From assembly GCF_001194135.2 (NCBI RefSeq), contig NC_068990.1, forward strand, positions 6,536,739-6,600,328: DNA of 63,590 bases. Direction: 5' to 3'. Below, piece by piece: positions 44,683 through 57,990 of the stretch. The stretch comes from Octopus bimaculoides. Lineage: Eukaryota. Made by a program: the position numbers and the translations under genes. The notes under the pieces were generated by a model that saw nothing but the letters and a program-made list of their open reading frames with translations, had not been told where the DNA came from and searched no databases. Numbering within the stretch: the first letter of the stretch is position 1; the number at the start of each line of letters is the position of its first letter.

Positions 44683-46594
44683 CACTGGGGACATGATTTT
44701 GTTGTCTGGTGTTGGAGACACGTTTCCTAGTGATTCTGGCGCGTTGATTTTAAAAATGAAATTCATTTTGCTCTACCACGTCAAGGTTTTTCACAAACTC
44801 AACATTTCCACTAGTGTCACTATTTCTAAGGATAGATTTGGCTTCATCAACTACTGATCCATATGTGGATCTTGATATAACTTTTAAAACATAAATTTCA
44901 ATATCATTTTAAGTAGATGCAACTACAAAATTGAAAACAAATGTCACGATTGAAATATTTTCATGAATAAAACTTGATCACTCACTATTTTCAATCTTAC
45001 CAGTTTTAAATGTCATGATAACAGAAATGGCCTTTATACAATTAGATGTTAATAAACAACACAGTTCTGTGGTCCTTCATGTCATACATATCACATATGG
45101 AATTTGTCTGTGGACATGTTCACGCTGTGCTTGATTTAGTGCGACTATCATTGCTAATCAGGTGAGACATGTTTTGTTGACTCTAACTATTTCTTATCAA
45201 AGTTGGTATTTTGAATGCGCCCTCAGTGTTTTAATTGTGAGGTCACATGGATCAAGGGTTACTTCAAAGAACTGTAGAAAGAACTTCATGGTATGCATGC
45301 TCTAGATGGAGCTTTACCATTACAAATCTGTAGTTGCCTACTTTTATAACTGTTGACAATTCTGAAAATGCTTTCCCCAGATGACAACTGGCTTGAATAA
45401 TGTGCTTTGTATTTCAGAAATATGGCCAGCTGTGAGAGGAGAAAATACAAAAACAGCTGTGATGTCTTCTGCTATATTTGTGGATACACTTTACTTAGGC
45501 AGCGAAACAAAATCACAGATTTTGTGAAGAAAAAAACTTATCTTACCTTACTTTGGCATGAATCTGGGTGATCACGACAAAGCCTGCGCACCACACAGAT
45601 TGTGTAAGACTTGTGTTGAAATACTGAGACAGTGACTGCTTCAAATTCTTAAGCAGAAAGTTTCCAGCTTTGTCTTGTGAGAGAACTAAAGTTGGTGTGT
45701 TTGACGGGCCACAGATTAGATGACTATTCCAAGACGAGCAGTTTTTTGACACCATGCCAGGCGTTGGAAAAGAAGCATGGAACGCTCTTGCTGCAGTTGT
45801 GTCTGATTTTCTGGGAAGCAGGAAGTTATCAAATTATGAAGAACTTGTGCAGGCCCTTTTAACTTGTTTTCGAGCACTGGGCTGCAACATAAGTGTAAAA
45901 GTGCATTTCCTGCACGGTTCAGCTGCACTACTTCTTTGAAAATCATAGTGCAATGGAGACTAGGTATCAAGGCAAGTGGAACACAAATATGATGGCTGAC
46001 TATAGCTGGTCTCTGCAAAGAGGCTGTCGTGATGCAAATTATTTACGCAAAACAGCAAAGAAGAAGTTAACTCGAGTATTTGAAACTCCAGTTTGACAGA
46101 AATATTAATCCTAAGATATATAGTTAAACATTTTGTGTATTATATTAGTTAAGCAATAAAATGTTCTATTCGGTTTGTGTTAGTATCTTAGTTCAGTAAG
46201 TATTTAATGGCAAAATAGATATCTTTTGGTAGAATATGAATTCCTGTTTAGCAAAAAACCAAAAAAAAACTTGTGATAAGAAAACTTTTAGGGGCATTTC
46301 TGAACGTAGTTTCATCAAATTAGGTAGCATTAATTGTTATAAGCAAGACAACTGAAAATGTTTTCAAAAACGTTCTTCTGTGTTATCAAAAGAAATAATA
46401 TAAGCAGCTGATTATCCCCATTACTTACCGGCAAGCAATTCAATTGTGCTTAATCAGAGGGTAAGCTGTAGAAAAAAACATCACGCGATAGAAGAAGACT
46501 GACGGCAGTTTTGAAATTAGCATTACCAATTTTAGAGTCTAAATCAAGTTAAAAAGCAAACTCAGCAGAAATTATGTTCAAAATTGTCCCCCTG
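44683..46594 (+). mobile_element. internally deleted Chapaev3-like (CMC) DNA transposon
   Basis: transposase remnants CYICGYTL..YFGMNLGDHDKACAPHRLCKTCVEILRQ and KEAWNALAAVVSDFLGSRKLSNYEELV..LGCNISVKVHFLH..QGKWNTNMMADYSWSL (45470-46020); left end TAA|CACTGGGGAC; imperfect right end GTCCCCCTG. Confidence 0.7.
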
Positions 46595-47001
46595 TATAAT
46601 CTTTCTCATATCGCCAGCTCAATTTTCTGCAACAAGTAACTTTCAAAAACTCATGTTACCTAGTTTTTGAAAATATTTCGATCTAAAGTTTGGTATTTAA
46701 ATGTGTAGTCTCAATCGCATAATTTTCTTAAAACATAATTTTTCATAAAACATAATTTTTCTTAAAACATAATTCAATATATAATATTGAAGTTATTGTG
46801 GTCGTTTATTTTCTCCAATCATGTTCTATTATGGTCGCATTTTCAGTTTTAATTCGCCTTCGCTCGCAAGACATAAACACATATTCGATTCGGCCCGCCT
46901 TAAAATATACCGACTTCTGTTCTATAGCATTGGAGCATCTCTGAAGACTTCTCCGTCAACGAAAGAGAAAGTATAATAGTTTCAGTTACCTTATTGAGAT
47001 A

Positions 47002-47170
47002 AGATGGGTCCAGCGCAAACCAGCAAAGAGCCTTAGGTTGTCAGACAGGTCTGTTCCTGGCGTGGGATCTTACAAGATAAGGGGTACATCTGGGATGAAT
47101 CAGAAACCATTGCTGAAGACAGGAAAATGGTGATAATTATTGCCAGTAGTCTACATCATTCTAGAGACAG
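47002..47170 (+). mobile_element. degraded RTE LINE extreme C-terminus
   Basis: RWVQRKP.. and GYIWDESETIAEDRK (cf. G.TW.EA..IA.DR..W). Confidence 0.5.
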
Positions 47171-48267
47171 TAGAATAAAAATAAAGCACTCTCGATATAT
47201 ACTACGTACTTATAAGATATCAGATAATATTGCTTCTCTATACAGTACTACATATTATCATTACTAATACAGAATCTTTTCTCAGTTCTTATTCCCACTT
47301 AGCCTGATTTGTCCAGAGTTAAGCTGTTATTTGGAGAATGTTGTTGGCAGGGAATAGATTGCTATCCTATTCACTACAAATTATCCTCAAAGTGAATAGT
47401 TAACATAAAACAAAGAGGTACGTACGCATACAAATAATGGTTTTCTAACAGGCTTTTTACAACAATAATGAATGCTTCTCCCCTTCAGTCTAAGAATCTG
47501 TTCTCATTGCAATTAATGAGTTGTCGCATTTTAAAGAATATTGATCAATTCTCCAAGGCATTTCTGCAACGAATTGACTACTAATATCTTGAAAGTCTCA
47601 ATGAGAATATTGACTGTGTGTCTTACTGTTTTTCATTCGCACGGAATTGAAAATGAATCATTTCAGACACGAACAATTTCAATGTTAGAAAGTATTAATC
47701 CTATTGACTACATTGATTCATTATAGTTTTTTCTCTTGATTTTTTCCTTCTTCTTGAAAGTGACACAGAAATAAGAGTTAACCACAAAAGAAGAACTGGA
47801 AGAGAAACAAGCAGAATAACATCAACTTTTTCTCTTGCAACAGGAAGAGTCTGCCAGTTAATCTGCATATTACTTAATTTACTGTCGTACGAATGGTGTT
47901 ATAAATGGCTTTGGAATTTGAACAATCGTCCAGAAATATAATCTATTCTGCATATCTGAAACCTTTTCTCTTCCACATCATGTGTTATGGTTGTGTGCAA
48001 GCACGTTTCTGCTGCTGTTTAGATCCTGCATAGTCCTAATCGAGCAGATCTATGATCAAAAGCATTCAATCCAGGATTCCCCTCTCTTATTAGGACTACA
48101 CTATCCAACGCGTTTTTTTCTTTTTTCCATTTTTAGGACAATAGAGTGTGAATTGTGAAAGATTTGACTGCCTGTTATTTCTAGCAAGTCTAGCAAACAC
48201 ATTAGCTCGTGAGCAGGTTTGACTTTATATTCAATATTATTTATGTATTAATGCTTCTTATTCTAAA

Positions 48268-49205
48268 GCGGCGAGATCGCAGAAACGTTAGCACGCCGGG
48301 CGAAATGCTTACCGGTATTTCGTCTGCCGTTACGTTCTGAGCTCAAATTCCGCCGAGGTCGATTTTGCCTTTCATCCTTTCGGGGTCGATAAATTAAGTA
48401 CCAGTTATGCACTGGGGTCGATGTAATCGACTTAATCCCTTTGTCTGTCCTTGCTTATCCCCTCTATGTTTATCCCTTAGTGGGCAATAAAGAAATAAGA
48501 AACGCTAGCACACCGGGCGAAATGCTTAGTGGTATTTCGTCTGTCTTTACGCTCTGAGTTCAAATTCCGTCGAGGTCGACTTTGTCTTTCATCCTTTCGA
48601 GATCGATAAATTAAGTACCAGTTGGGTACTGAGATCGATCTAATCGACTATCCCCCTCCCCCAAAAGTTTGGGCCTTGTGCTTAGAGTAGAAAAGAATAT
48701 TTCTCATTCTAAAGGTAGCGAGCTAGCAGAAACGTTAGCACGCCGGGCGAAATGCTTAGCGGTATTTCGTCTGCCGTTACGTTCTGAGTTCAAATTCCGC
48801 CGAGGTTGACTTTGCCTTTCATCCTTTCGGGGTCAATAAATTATCTATTGCGTACTGGGGTCGATCTAATCGACTGACTCCCTCCCCCAAAATTTCGGTC
48901 CTTGTGCCTAGAGTAGAAAATAATATTTTTCATTCTAATCGAGCATATTTACTCCATTCATCAGTCATAAATACTCAACATACTTGCTAATATGTAAATA
49001 GCTCTTCCACGTCGGGAAAATGCTTATCAGCACCTCTTCCGTTTTTTATGTTCTGAGTCCAAATTCGTGTGAGGTCGAATTTGACTTTCATCCTTTCGGG
49101 GTCGATAAAGCAAGTACTAATCAAGCACTGGAGTTGATGTGATCGACTTACTTCCCCATCCCACTGAACTTGCTGACCTTGTGCCAAAATTTGAAACCAA
49201 TATAT
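48268..49205 (+). mobile_element. tandem cluster of four SINE family 2 units
   Basis: 48268-48501 (tail type 1), 48502-48700 (head-truncated, tail type 2), 48714-48928 (tail type 2), 49010-49205 (older). Confidence 0.9.
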
Positions 49206-51997
49206 AAGTAGCACCTCAGAGAAAGAAGTACGATTGTATCTACTTTTAAAAAGAAGTAGTATTTGACGATGGAGAAATAATCCAGGTAAAAATAGACCTT
49301 ACCCCACTCTCCAAGAAGAAGATGCATATCATTCATAAGATACATACACACACACACACGCACACATACATACANNNNNNNNNNTGTGGATGTAGTAAAT
49401 CCACCAAATTTATCTTTTCTTACTTTAGTAAAAGCGATTATGATAGAATATCAAGAGATAAATTTCTGGTCTTTTATGCGACAAGAATTTACTTTGCACT
49501 TTAGCCATCACCGTACGCAACACAGACTCAAACACTTTGTTGTTAGATACATTTTATTTGTAGAGAGAAAATGAAAGATCAGTCGGACTAGTTTCAATCC
49601 TGACTTGGAAAAAGAGATGCTGCTTATAGACTTTTAGTAAAGGCTTAAGTAAATTTCAATTATAAAATGCATAACTGGTAACTTGTTCGAATTATAAAAT
49701 ATTATTGTGTGTAGCAGACAGATGTAAACACCTATTCTCTCGATGTGAGCGCCGGTTGTCAGGCGCGTTTTCCTAGAGATTTTATCATGGCCAAATCCGT
49801 ACATTTGGGGAATTCAGTGATCTAAATTGAACGCTTCTAGACATCTGAAGATATTCAGCCACCCTGCTTCTCTCGAGATGTAGACAGCCACTAATCTGCA
49901 ATCACCAGCTTCATAACCTACTGCGCTCAGTATCACCGACTTAACGCTGGGTCAAAGAAGATCATCTACACCTGGAAATCCTTTTGTGCCCCATCGAGTA
50001 ACTATTGTTTATATTAAGAAATGCCGACAGAGTCCAGCGCTTCGGTCTTTGGTTCTTGTTATTGTTTCTGCTGTCATTAGTGATAGTTTCTTTTCGATTT
50101 TATGCAATAACTATTCTGTTGTGTAGCTGGTGAATGAAAGTTCGATATAAATCTAGTTTTATTTCTATTTTTTCCTATTGACCAAGATCTTTTGTCGTGG
50201 ACTTTCTATATCATATTTTCTATGATGTATTATAAATTGTGTAGTATTCTAATTTTTATGCTCTTCTATCTACTGTTGCTAATTCATTTAACGATCAGAT
50301 GGGAATATTAAAAATATAACTTGTTATTGTAATAGCCAGAGTTTTGCCTCTGTTTTAAGAATTAATCTATTTCTACTATATTTCTTTCCAAACTTTTCTT
50401 CCCTTTTTGTGTTTTGTAATCCGATGATTTCATTGATTTCTCATAATATGAAAGTTTTGAAATTATGTTTTGGTCTACTTATCTTATCTCCGTTTTTTAT
50501 TTCATCTAATATTAATGTTCTTAATTAATTTTCCCTTTTACTACAAGTTTCTTCCGCATCTATTTTTCATCAACTTTCGTTTTTCAATTAAATCCGCACA
50601 CTGCGTAGTGTCTCTACTAGTTTATTATCTGCAGCATAGACTTGATCTCGCTCAACTATAAAATATGGTTTATTGTCCTGCCATCGCATTTCTATTCAGG
50701 CCCAGTCTTGTATAACTGTCTCTGATAGTTGTTGGCGCTTGACAAAAGTCTAGAGAGCGGAGAGCTGTTGGAAATATTCTTCCGTTTAATAAAGACAGAT
50801 TATTTCCGATCCCTGATTTTGTCTTTATCTGCAAATTGTTAATTCCTGACTAACATTAACGCAATCCACGCAAGGGAAATGCTTTAAAAGTCTTCTTGTA
50901 TACAATGCAGACGGTTCAGAACATTCATTCTCCCACAGGATTCGATAATGATTAATAGTTGAACAATAATTGATCATTATAGCCATATAATTCTTCGCAA
51001 CGTTCATTCTGCTTCACTGGAAACGGGTTGCTTTTCCTGCATGTCTATTTATTCTCTACGATGTTATCATAGTTAAAACTTTCTAGGTAGGCAGATTACG
51101 AGTCTATAACTTATTTTATTATTTGTCATTTTTTTTTTAGTGTTGGGGATTGAAATAGCTTTTTCAATGAGCCAGTCATATTTTGTCTTTGGTTCTTTCG
51201 GCATCTTATTCAACTTAATTATCAGTTCCTTACGTGTCTCTAGACTAGAAGTTTGGAATATTATTGATTCTTGGTGTCATATAGTTATTTGTGGCGTCTA
51301 GGTTGCTTCTTGTGGGGTTACGCCTCCTAGGCGACTGCATTTGTTGTTTTGAACAGTCTTGTCTGTGGCAATTTCTTCGTTTTACATACTCCTCCTCAGA
51401 ATATTTTTAATCACTGCTAATTTTGCATTGATTACCATTTTGTTTAAACTAGTTCTTGGAAAAGAAAATCTTGTTGCTATTTCATTGTTGATTTTTATCC
51501 TTAAGAAATACTTTCGTTGACCCGTAAAAAAGCCTCTCAATTTTAATTTCTAAATTATCTCCATCTTTATATTATTGTCATATGTTCATAATTTCCGCCT
51601 TCACAATTTCTTATTCTTAAATGTTCATACTCTCTTTTATTCACATTTTTGAGTTGTTCTCGTCTGTTTTTTTAATCTGCGTTCGGTAAGCGTTTATCTG
51701 TATTCAGTGACCGTTGAAGGACTTGGCTTTATTGTGTTTTGTAATTTGCTATTAACTTTTTAACCCCACGCACTCCAGTTCGAAGGTTTAATGGTGGGCA
51801 TCTCGACTTCGGCGATATACAATTTAAGGTTAAAAATAGTTGTACGGTATATTGAGGAATATTTCGTTAATTATCACTGCTGAGCACCATTCCCTAGATT
51901 ATGACTGAAAACCAGCAAGAAACCACGGTATTATATTTCTTTTTAAGAGTAACTAGGTTAACAGAAATTCCTCATTGGTGATTCAACAAAATAAAGG

Positions 51998-52005
51998 TAC
52001 TACTA

Positions 52006-52046
<41 letters not shown>

Positions 52047-52047
52047 T

Positions 52048-52079
<32 letters not shown>
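51998..52079. repeat. compound (TAC)n(TGC)n(TAC)n microsatellite
   Basis: direct reading. Confidence 0.95.
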
Positions 52080-52080
<1 letters not shown>

Positions 52081-53635
52081 TTTCAAACTTGTTAATATTC
52101 ATTCCATATAACTGCTTGATTAAAAGTATTAATGATTGCGTCCCGTCTTTATTTTAAAGCAATATTCATGCGCCATTTTATTGTCACTTGTGTTCAGACC
52201 TCGAAGTAATTATGTCGTTCTTTTTTTTGTGGAATTCAGAAACGTAATGTTCTGTTATTTCGAAAGCTGCTTAACTTTTTATCATGTTTTCAGTTTCTTA
52301 TTCTTTTGTCTTTCATATTAGCGCGATAAATGAAAAATATTAAAAGTATTAGAGTTTTTTTTTTCTCCACCAGATACCTTTAGAGTGTTTTGCTCATTAC
52401 CTAAAACAAGCAGACATTTAATATTATATTTCATGTTGTCGTCTTTTCAATAGAATTGTTTTCTATTATCAAATCCTACGCAACACATAGACAGATATCT
52501 ATGCAAATCTGTCATCATACATAACAACATTTAAAAATGATATCTAGAAAATGATGTTCAGCCACTGACAGAACAATGGTAAAGATTAAATGAATTAGGA
52601 GGTTTTCAAATAATACAAAATATAAATTGGAGAATGGGAGAGAATTAAAATTTTACTAAGGAAAATGAGTTTCTTTTTTTTATATACAAAATAGCAAATA
52701 TTGAAATTTGTGCTTTCTTTCGATTCATTTTTCTTTCTTTTATTGTTTGCAATAGTGAATGAAATAACAATGGGCTCGATAAGATGAGAGATCCTAAATA
52801 CAATAAATTCTAGACAGACGAAATGGAATTCTGATTCCTACTGTAGTCGCTTCATTTTAACTCACTCACTAATGAACTTAATTAGAAACGCAGAGACGTC
52901 ATAAAATCTAATTTCTCAACAAGTTAATGCTGACTACGATTAATAAATAGGTTAATCATTCATTGACAATTTCTCATAATTATAAACAATCCAATCCTGA
53001 AAATAATTATCTGTTGTTTATCTCCATTTATTTCAGTCGCTGGAAACCAAGGAAAATCGAAAAGAAAATATCATCTACAAAAGAGGAGGAAGGGAAACAG
53101 TGATGAAAATGGGAGATAGAAGAAGATAAATAGATAGATAAATAGATGGTAAGATCAGTTAATATTTACGACAGAGTAGAAAGACAGACATTGATGCAAA
53201 AGTAAAATATTTTATGTAGACTAACAGGTTCCTTAATGTCATGTTTGAGAAGTGCCCTTGGATAGACAGTAAAAACAGACGACAAAAGACAAAAGGAGAA
53301 AAAGGAGAGGAAAGAGATTAGATAGAAGGCAGAATATATAGATAGTTTGCAATGCAGCTAAGATAATTTCGATTGATATGTGGTGAATGCTCCATCTGCA
53401 AATGAGAAAGAAACAACCGTGATGCTACTTGGATAAAGGCAGTTGCTTCTCACACAATTTTACTAAATAGACTTGCAGATAACGAGGTACACTGATGGTC
53501 TTTATTTGTTATTTACTTCCAAGTCATCCCTGGTTGAGCAAACATCATCAAAATCCTTTTTCATTTTGTCGTTGTGTATCTACAATTACATTATCCAATG
53601 TTTTCCTCCTATTTTAAATCAGTTGCATATGTATG

Positions 53636-53675
<40 letters not shown>

Positions 53676-53904
53676 ACTCTCCCGTCGGTTTCGATGTATG
53701 AGGCTCCGATATTGTACATTTTCTTTGTCAGTCATAATGCTTATGTAGAATGTGATATTTAAGTCCCACTAACGATTTGCAAAGAAGGCCACAAATGGTT
53801 GCAAGTTTGAAGATTACAGGTCAATGTAGGACGTATATTTGCCTTGCATCCCGAAGCCTGTTTATGCTGGTTGCAATAAAGATTTTAATACCATTTTGAC
53901 ACAA

Positions 53905-55107
53905 CGATCTCTATTTTGTTCGTACCAAGGCTGTTCGCTCAAAGGTGTGAGCTATCTTCACGACTAAGAGGTTACTCTTAAGCTTGTCCTTATATCCCAG
54001 CCATGGTTGACCTACATTCCAGTGCCCGCTCTCAAACTGGCTGTACATGAAGACTTTGGGTATTCTTTCGTCACTCATTTTGACGACAGACATGGCCAGC
54101 CTAGCGCAATTGTGATTGCATAAGGAAGCTCTCAATTCCACCAGTCTGACACTTGCTAAACAAGTCGGCATTAGAAACTTTGTCTTTTAGTGAATAACCG
54201 CAGATTCTCCTCAGACAGTCTTTGCGGAAGATGTCCAGTTGGCTAATGTGCCGTCTATAGGGTATCCACGATTCTGAGCCGTACAAGAAAGTAGTAAGAA
54301 TGGATGCTTTATAGACCTGTACTTTGGTGTCGAGTTTGATGCCCCTTTCATACCATAGGCGATGACGGAGTTTGCCAAATGCGTTGGTTGCCTTTGCAAG
54401 ATGGTTGACGATTTCATCATCAAGGGAAGTGCTCAAATTCACTTTACTACCAAGAGATGTAAATGACTTCACATAATTTAGGCTTTTCCCATCAACCTGT
54501 ATAGGAGTGTCAGGGAAATTGTGAACCGGTGGCCTCTGCTTGACACCTCGAATTTGTTTAGGAGTAGGGCAAGGTTGGTGGATTACTTCAGTCTTCTTTA
54601 TGCTGATCGTCAAACCAAAGGCTTTACATGCAGCAGAAAACCGGTCTAGAAGTTCCTGAGCTTCCTCTAAAGCGGTCGCTACTAGTGCAGCAGCATCTGC
54701 AAAAAGTAGATCACGAATGATGCTGGTGCATCGGAGTTTCTGGTTTTGAAATGCTGATGGTTGAATAGTCCACTACTTGTTCGAAACTGGAATTTGACAC
54801 CTCTTTTTATGTCGCCAAAAGCATATCTCAGCATCACTGAAAAGAATAGTGCAAACAAAACAGGAGCCATAACACAACCTTGCTTTGTGCCGTTTGTAAT
54901 GTCAAAGGAAACCGAAGATTCCCCACCAGACACGACAGCAGCCTTCATTCCCTCATGAAAGGAGATGATAACATTCAACATCTTGTCAGGTATACCAAGC
55001 TTTTTTCAGAACATTCCATAGTGCTTACCGGTTAACAGCATCGAAGGCCTTAGTAAGGTCAACGAATATCAAGAACAACTCTTGATTTTTCTCACATACC
55101 TTCTCCA
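53905..55107 (-). mobile_element. RTE-clade LINE reverse transcriptase, 5'-truncated, two frameshifts
   Basis: FVDLTKAFDAV, GTKQGCVMAPVLF, IRDLLFADAAAL, TISIKKTEV, LAKATNAFGKL, LYGSESW, SQLR..GH..MSDERIPK. Confidence 0.92.
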
Positions 55108-55430
55108 TACCTTCTCACATACCTTCTCCATACCTTCTCACATACCTTCTCCTTGTTATGAAATTATGAAATGAAATTATGAACTCTAAAATGATTATTT
55201 CAGAGCATGATTATTTCACAGAATCAAGTTGTTTGGTTGAAATATCTGTCTAGCAAAAATACTCCAGGTTTTAAAGAGAAATTATTCAGTTGTGAATGTT
55301 TAACTGAAACGCTTCTGTTTATAAATTTCCATAAATACGAAATGTTTCAAATAATAATCACAGTTTTGATCAGAAATTGACTTGTATAGAAATGTGTGAA
55401 TCGAAACATCCATTTACTGTCAACATTCAT

Positions 55431-55487
55431 CACACTAACTACTTAATCACACTAACTACTTAATCACACTAATTACTTAATCACACT
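55431..55487. repeat. 17-bp minisatellite x~3.4
   Basis: unit cacactaa(c/t)tacttaat. Confidence 0.9.
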
Positions 55488-55850
55488 GTGGCACATACAT
55501 ATGATCTATTTTATTGTCTGTGTTTACGATGGTCTCACTGTCCCCCAGAAATCAACCCATTAACACGAATGGCACAATACAAAATTCTATGCTACCAGTG
55601 CAAGGGTCCTGCCATCCTTTGGCCCAAACTGTTTCGCCTGTTCCGGTTTGTTAGCGAAACAAGTGCTCCAAGTTCAGCGCGGCGCTCACTTCATCGACTG
55701 ATACTCCTGTCAATGGTTCGTGCACGTATCGGAGTTTCCCTGTGCCTATATAATCCAAAGAAGAATCGCTATAGAACTACTCTCGGTGGGTTCGGACGGT
55801 ATCTACTCTTTTGTTATCACAATACATACAAGATATCTCTTCAATTCAAC

Positions 55851-56198
55851 ATGTTGACAAAAAGGGCTGCTTTGCTGCTGTTTTTCGCCGTTAAAATGAA
55901 GCCACGTGTCACCGAACACATGGTGGGTAATCTTTTTGTCGAATTTTGGAGACAAGTCGCCGAGCTGGGAAGCCAGAGAAGCATTAGAGAACTAATATAC
56001 CTCAATGATCGCTCAGCATTAAAATCGGGAGCTGCTGCCCACAAAGCAGAAGAGCAGATGATTAACTCCCAGCCATCGTTATTGGGATTTCTGGCATCTG
56101 AAGACATTGAACTGTTCTCTCTCAAGTCAACATGGGAAGAATACTTCGCCCCCGAGGAAAACTCCGTCAGGTTGAGTGGATATCGATGGTTGTTTTGA
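55851..56198 (+). CDS. hypothetical ORF or candidate coding exon, unrecognised product
   Basis: part of a 236-codon open frame in a CpG/GC-enriched island; TATATAA at 55747, ttcaacATG context, hydrophobic N-terminus, possible donor cag|gttgag at 56170; no homology recognised. Confidence 0.3.
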   Translation: MLTKRAALLLFFAVKMKPRVTEHMVGNLFVEFWRQVAELGSQRSIRELIYLNDRSALKSGAAAHKAEEQMINSQPSLLGFLASEDIELFSLKSTWEEYFAPEENSVRLSGYRWLF

Positions 56199-57664
56199 AG
56201 CAAAGTCTTTGCCATCTTGTTAGTGTGGCTCTTTTTAAATTTAGAAATAAAACATTTTATATATGAAAATGGAAATGGACAATATTTGACTACTGGAGTT
56301 TAGGTATTACGGCCTATTATGTCGTTGAAAAAACGAATAATAACACCTGGTTCTTTTCTTGTCTAGAAACATTCTCAAAATGCCATATTTCAACATTTTA
56401 TGAAAGTAGCATCTCTTATATTTAGCGCTTCTTACTATCCATAAGTCTGTCGGATTTATTATGATTTAACAATTTATAAAATGTCATTGGTTACAAAATT
56501 ATTAAGAAATATTTATGACGAATGATATCTGATTCATATATTTAATTTTAGATTTCTTTGAGTTACTTTAACACTGCATTTTATAGATTTGTTCAGATAT
56601 TAATATTGAAGAAATAAATGTCATTTAGGGTTATATAATTTCAAAGTTGGAAATATTTTCCAGAAGTGAAACAAAAATGTTTCAAACTGTTTATTGACTT
56701 CCCTTTTCTATGTTCAGAGTACATTTGTCTACAAAGCAACGCAAGCCAGATTAAAAATGTAAGCAATCACAATGGTTGTGTTGCATATGGAAGAAATTCT
56801 TTTATTATTAGTGAAACAGTATTTTCCGCCATTTTTAATTTATTGAACGCAAGCTTTTTATTAGTTAAGATGTAGACATTGACTAAATAGAAACAGTCAG
56901 AAACTATCCGATAAATATTAATAAAAGCAGAAAAAATACGCGCTAGTGAAATAAAAGGCACATAGACAGTGAGTCAATTCTTTCCCAGACCTCATTTCAT
57001 GCAATGAATAAACTTCCACAACTTAGAAATTGAAATGAACATCTTAATAAGCAGCAGTAAAATTGTGTAATAAAACTCGTATTTCTGTCAAGTAAGACCT
57101 ATCTGAGATATGAACATAAAATATATATAATGAAGCCTTCAATAATAAAATCTAATGTGTTATGAAATTAAAGAGGTAAGTGAAATGATTGACGCATATA
57201 TTCCATATAATGGTTTAAACTATAAGTGGAAGGAGAAATGATTCTTACTCAGTTTATAGTAAAATTGTAAGAGAATGGATTATTTATCTCTCTCTTTCTG
57301 TGGTTTATCCTATTCCTACTTAGCTAGCTACACTCTAACTAAATATTTAGTAAGACTGTTCAAAAGTAGAGCTGCATTATCCACATTGACAGGATTTCCA
57401 AAAGTCACAAGTACAACATACATTCACTCCTTAAAACCAAAACGCTGAGACTAAAATAATAGCGTGCCAAACCAGAACGAAGCCGAGCCCCAGACTCGTC
57501 AAAAGCATTTTTGGATTATATAGGCCTTGCTTCTAATATCATGTATTTACTGGACAGGACCCCTCTATAGGATTAGAGTCTAGATCTACGAGCCAACAGA
57601 ACATCTTTTAAAATGAAAGCATTATCACTTCACTCAGAAGTAAACTACAGGATATCTTATTGCT

Positions 57665-57990
57665 TATTCCTATATACGCTGTTTGTGTATATAGGAGAGT
57701 ATCGCATTTGGTTTATGGTAGGGTTTATAAAAGCAGGAGTTTAGATCTAGGAAAACATCTAAAAACCGACCTTGGACAGATTAGCGGTAACAGTGATTCT
57801 GGGATCAAATTGACTAAATGTAGCAATGAGTTTTTCCTAAATTTCTCGAGAGTATGACCAACATAGCTATGAGATGTTCCCAACCCATCGTCCAGGTATA
57901 GGCCAGTTTCGTGTGATGTGAACTTGGATCTCAGTGTATTTAATATAAAAAGACCTACATAGAACAATTCATCTGTATCTGATTTTTTAA
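57665..57990 (-). mobile_element. degraded Penelope-like element RT fragment
   Basis: YVGLFILNTL..ETGLYLDDGLG (cf. ELVGLFIL..GLYRDDGL); downstream remnants resembling FLDLN..YKPY.KPN. Confidence 0.7.

Noticed and set aside
48268-48928. CRISPR-like array
   Set aside because: Eukaryotic context; units are ~200-bp SINEs without unique spacers.
50000-51700. Possible very degraded LINE on the minus strand
   Set aside because: Purine-biased, but no diagnostic motif could be read with confidence.
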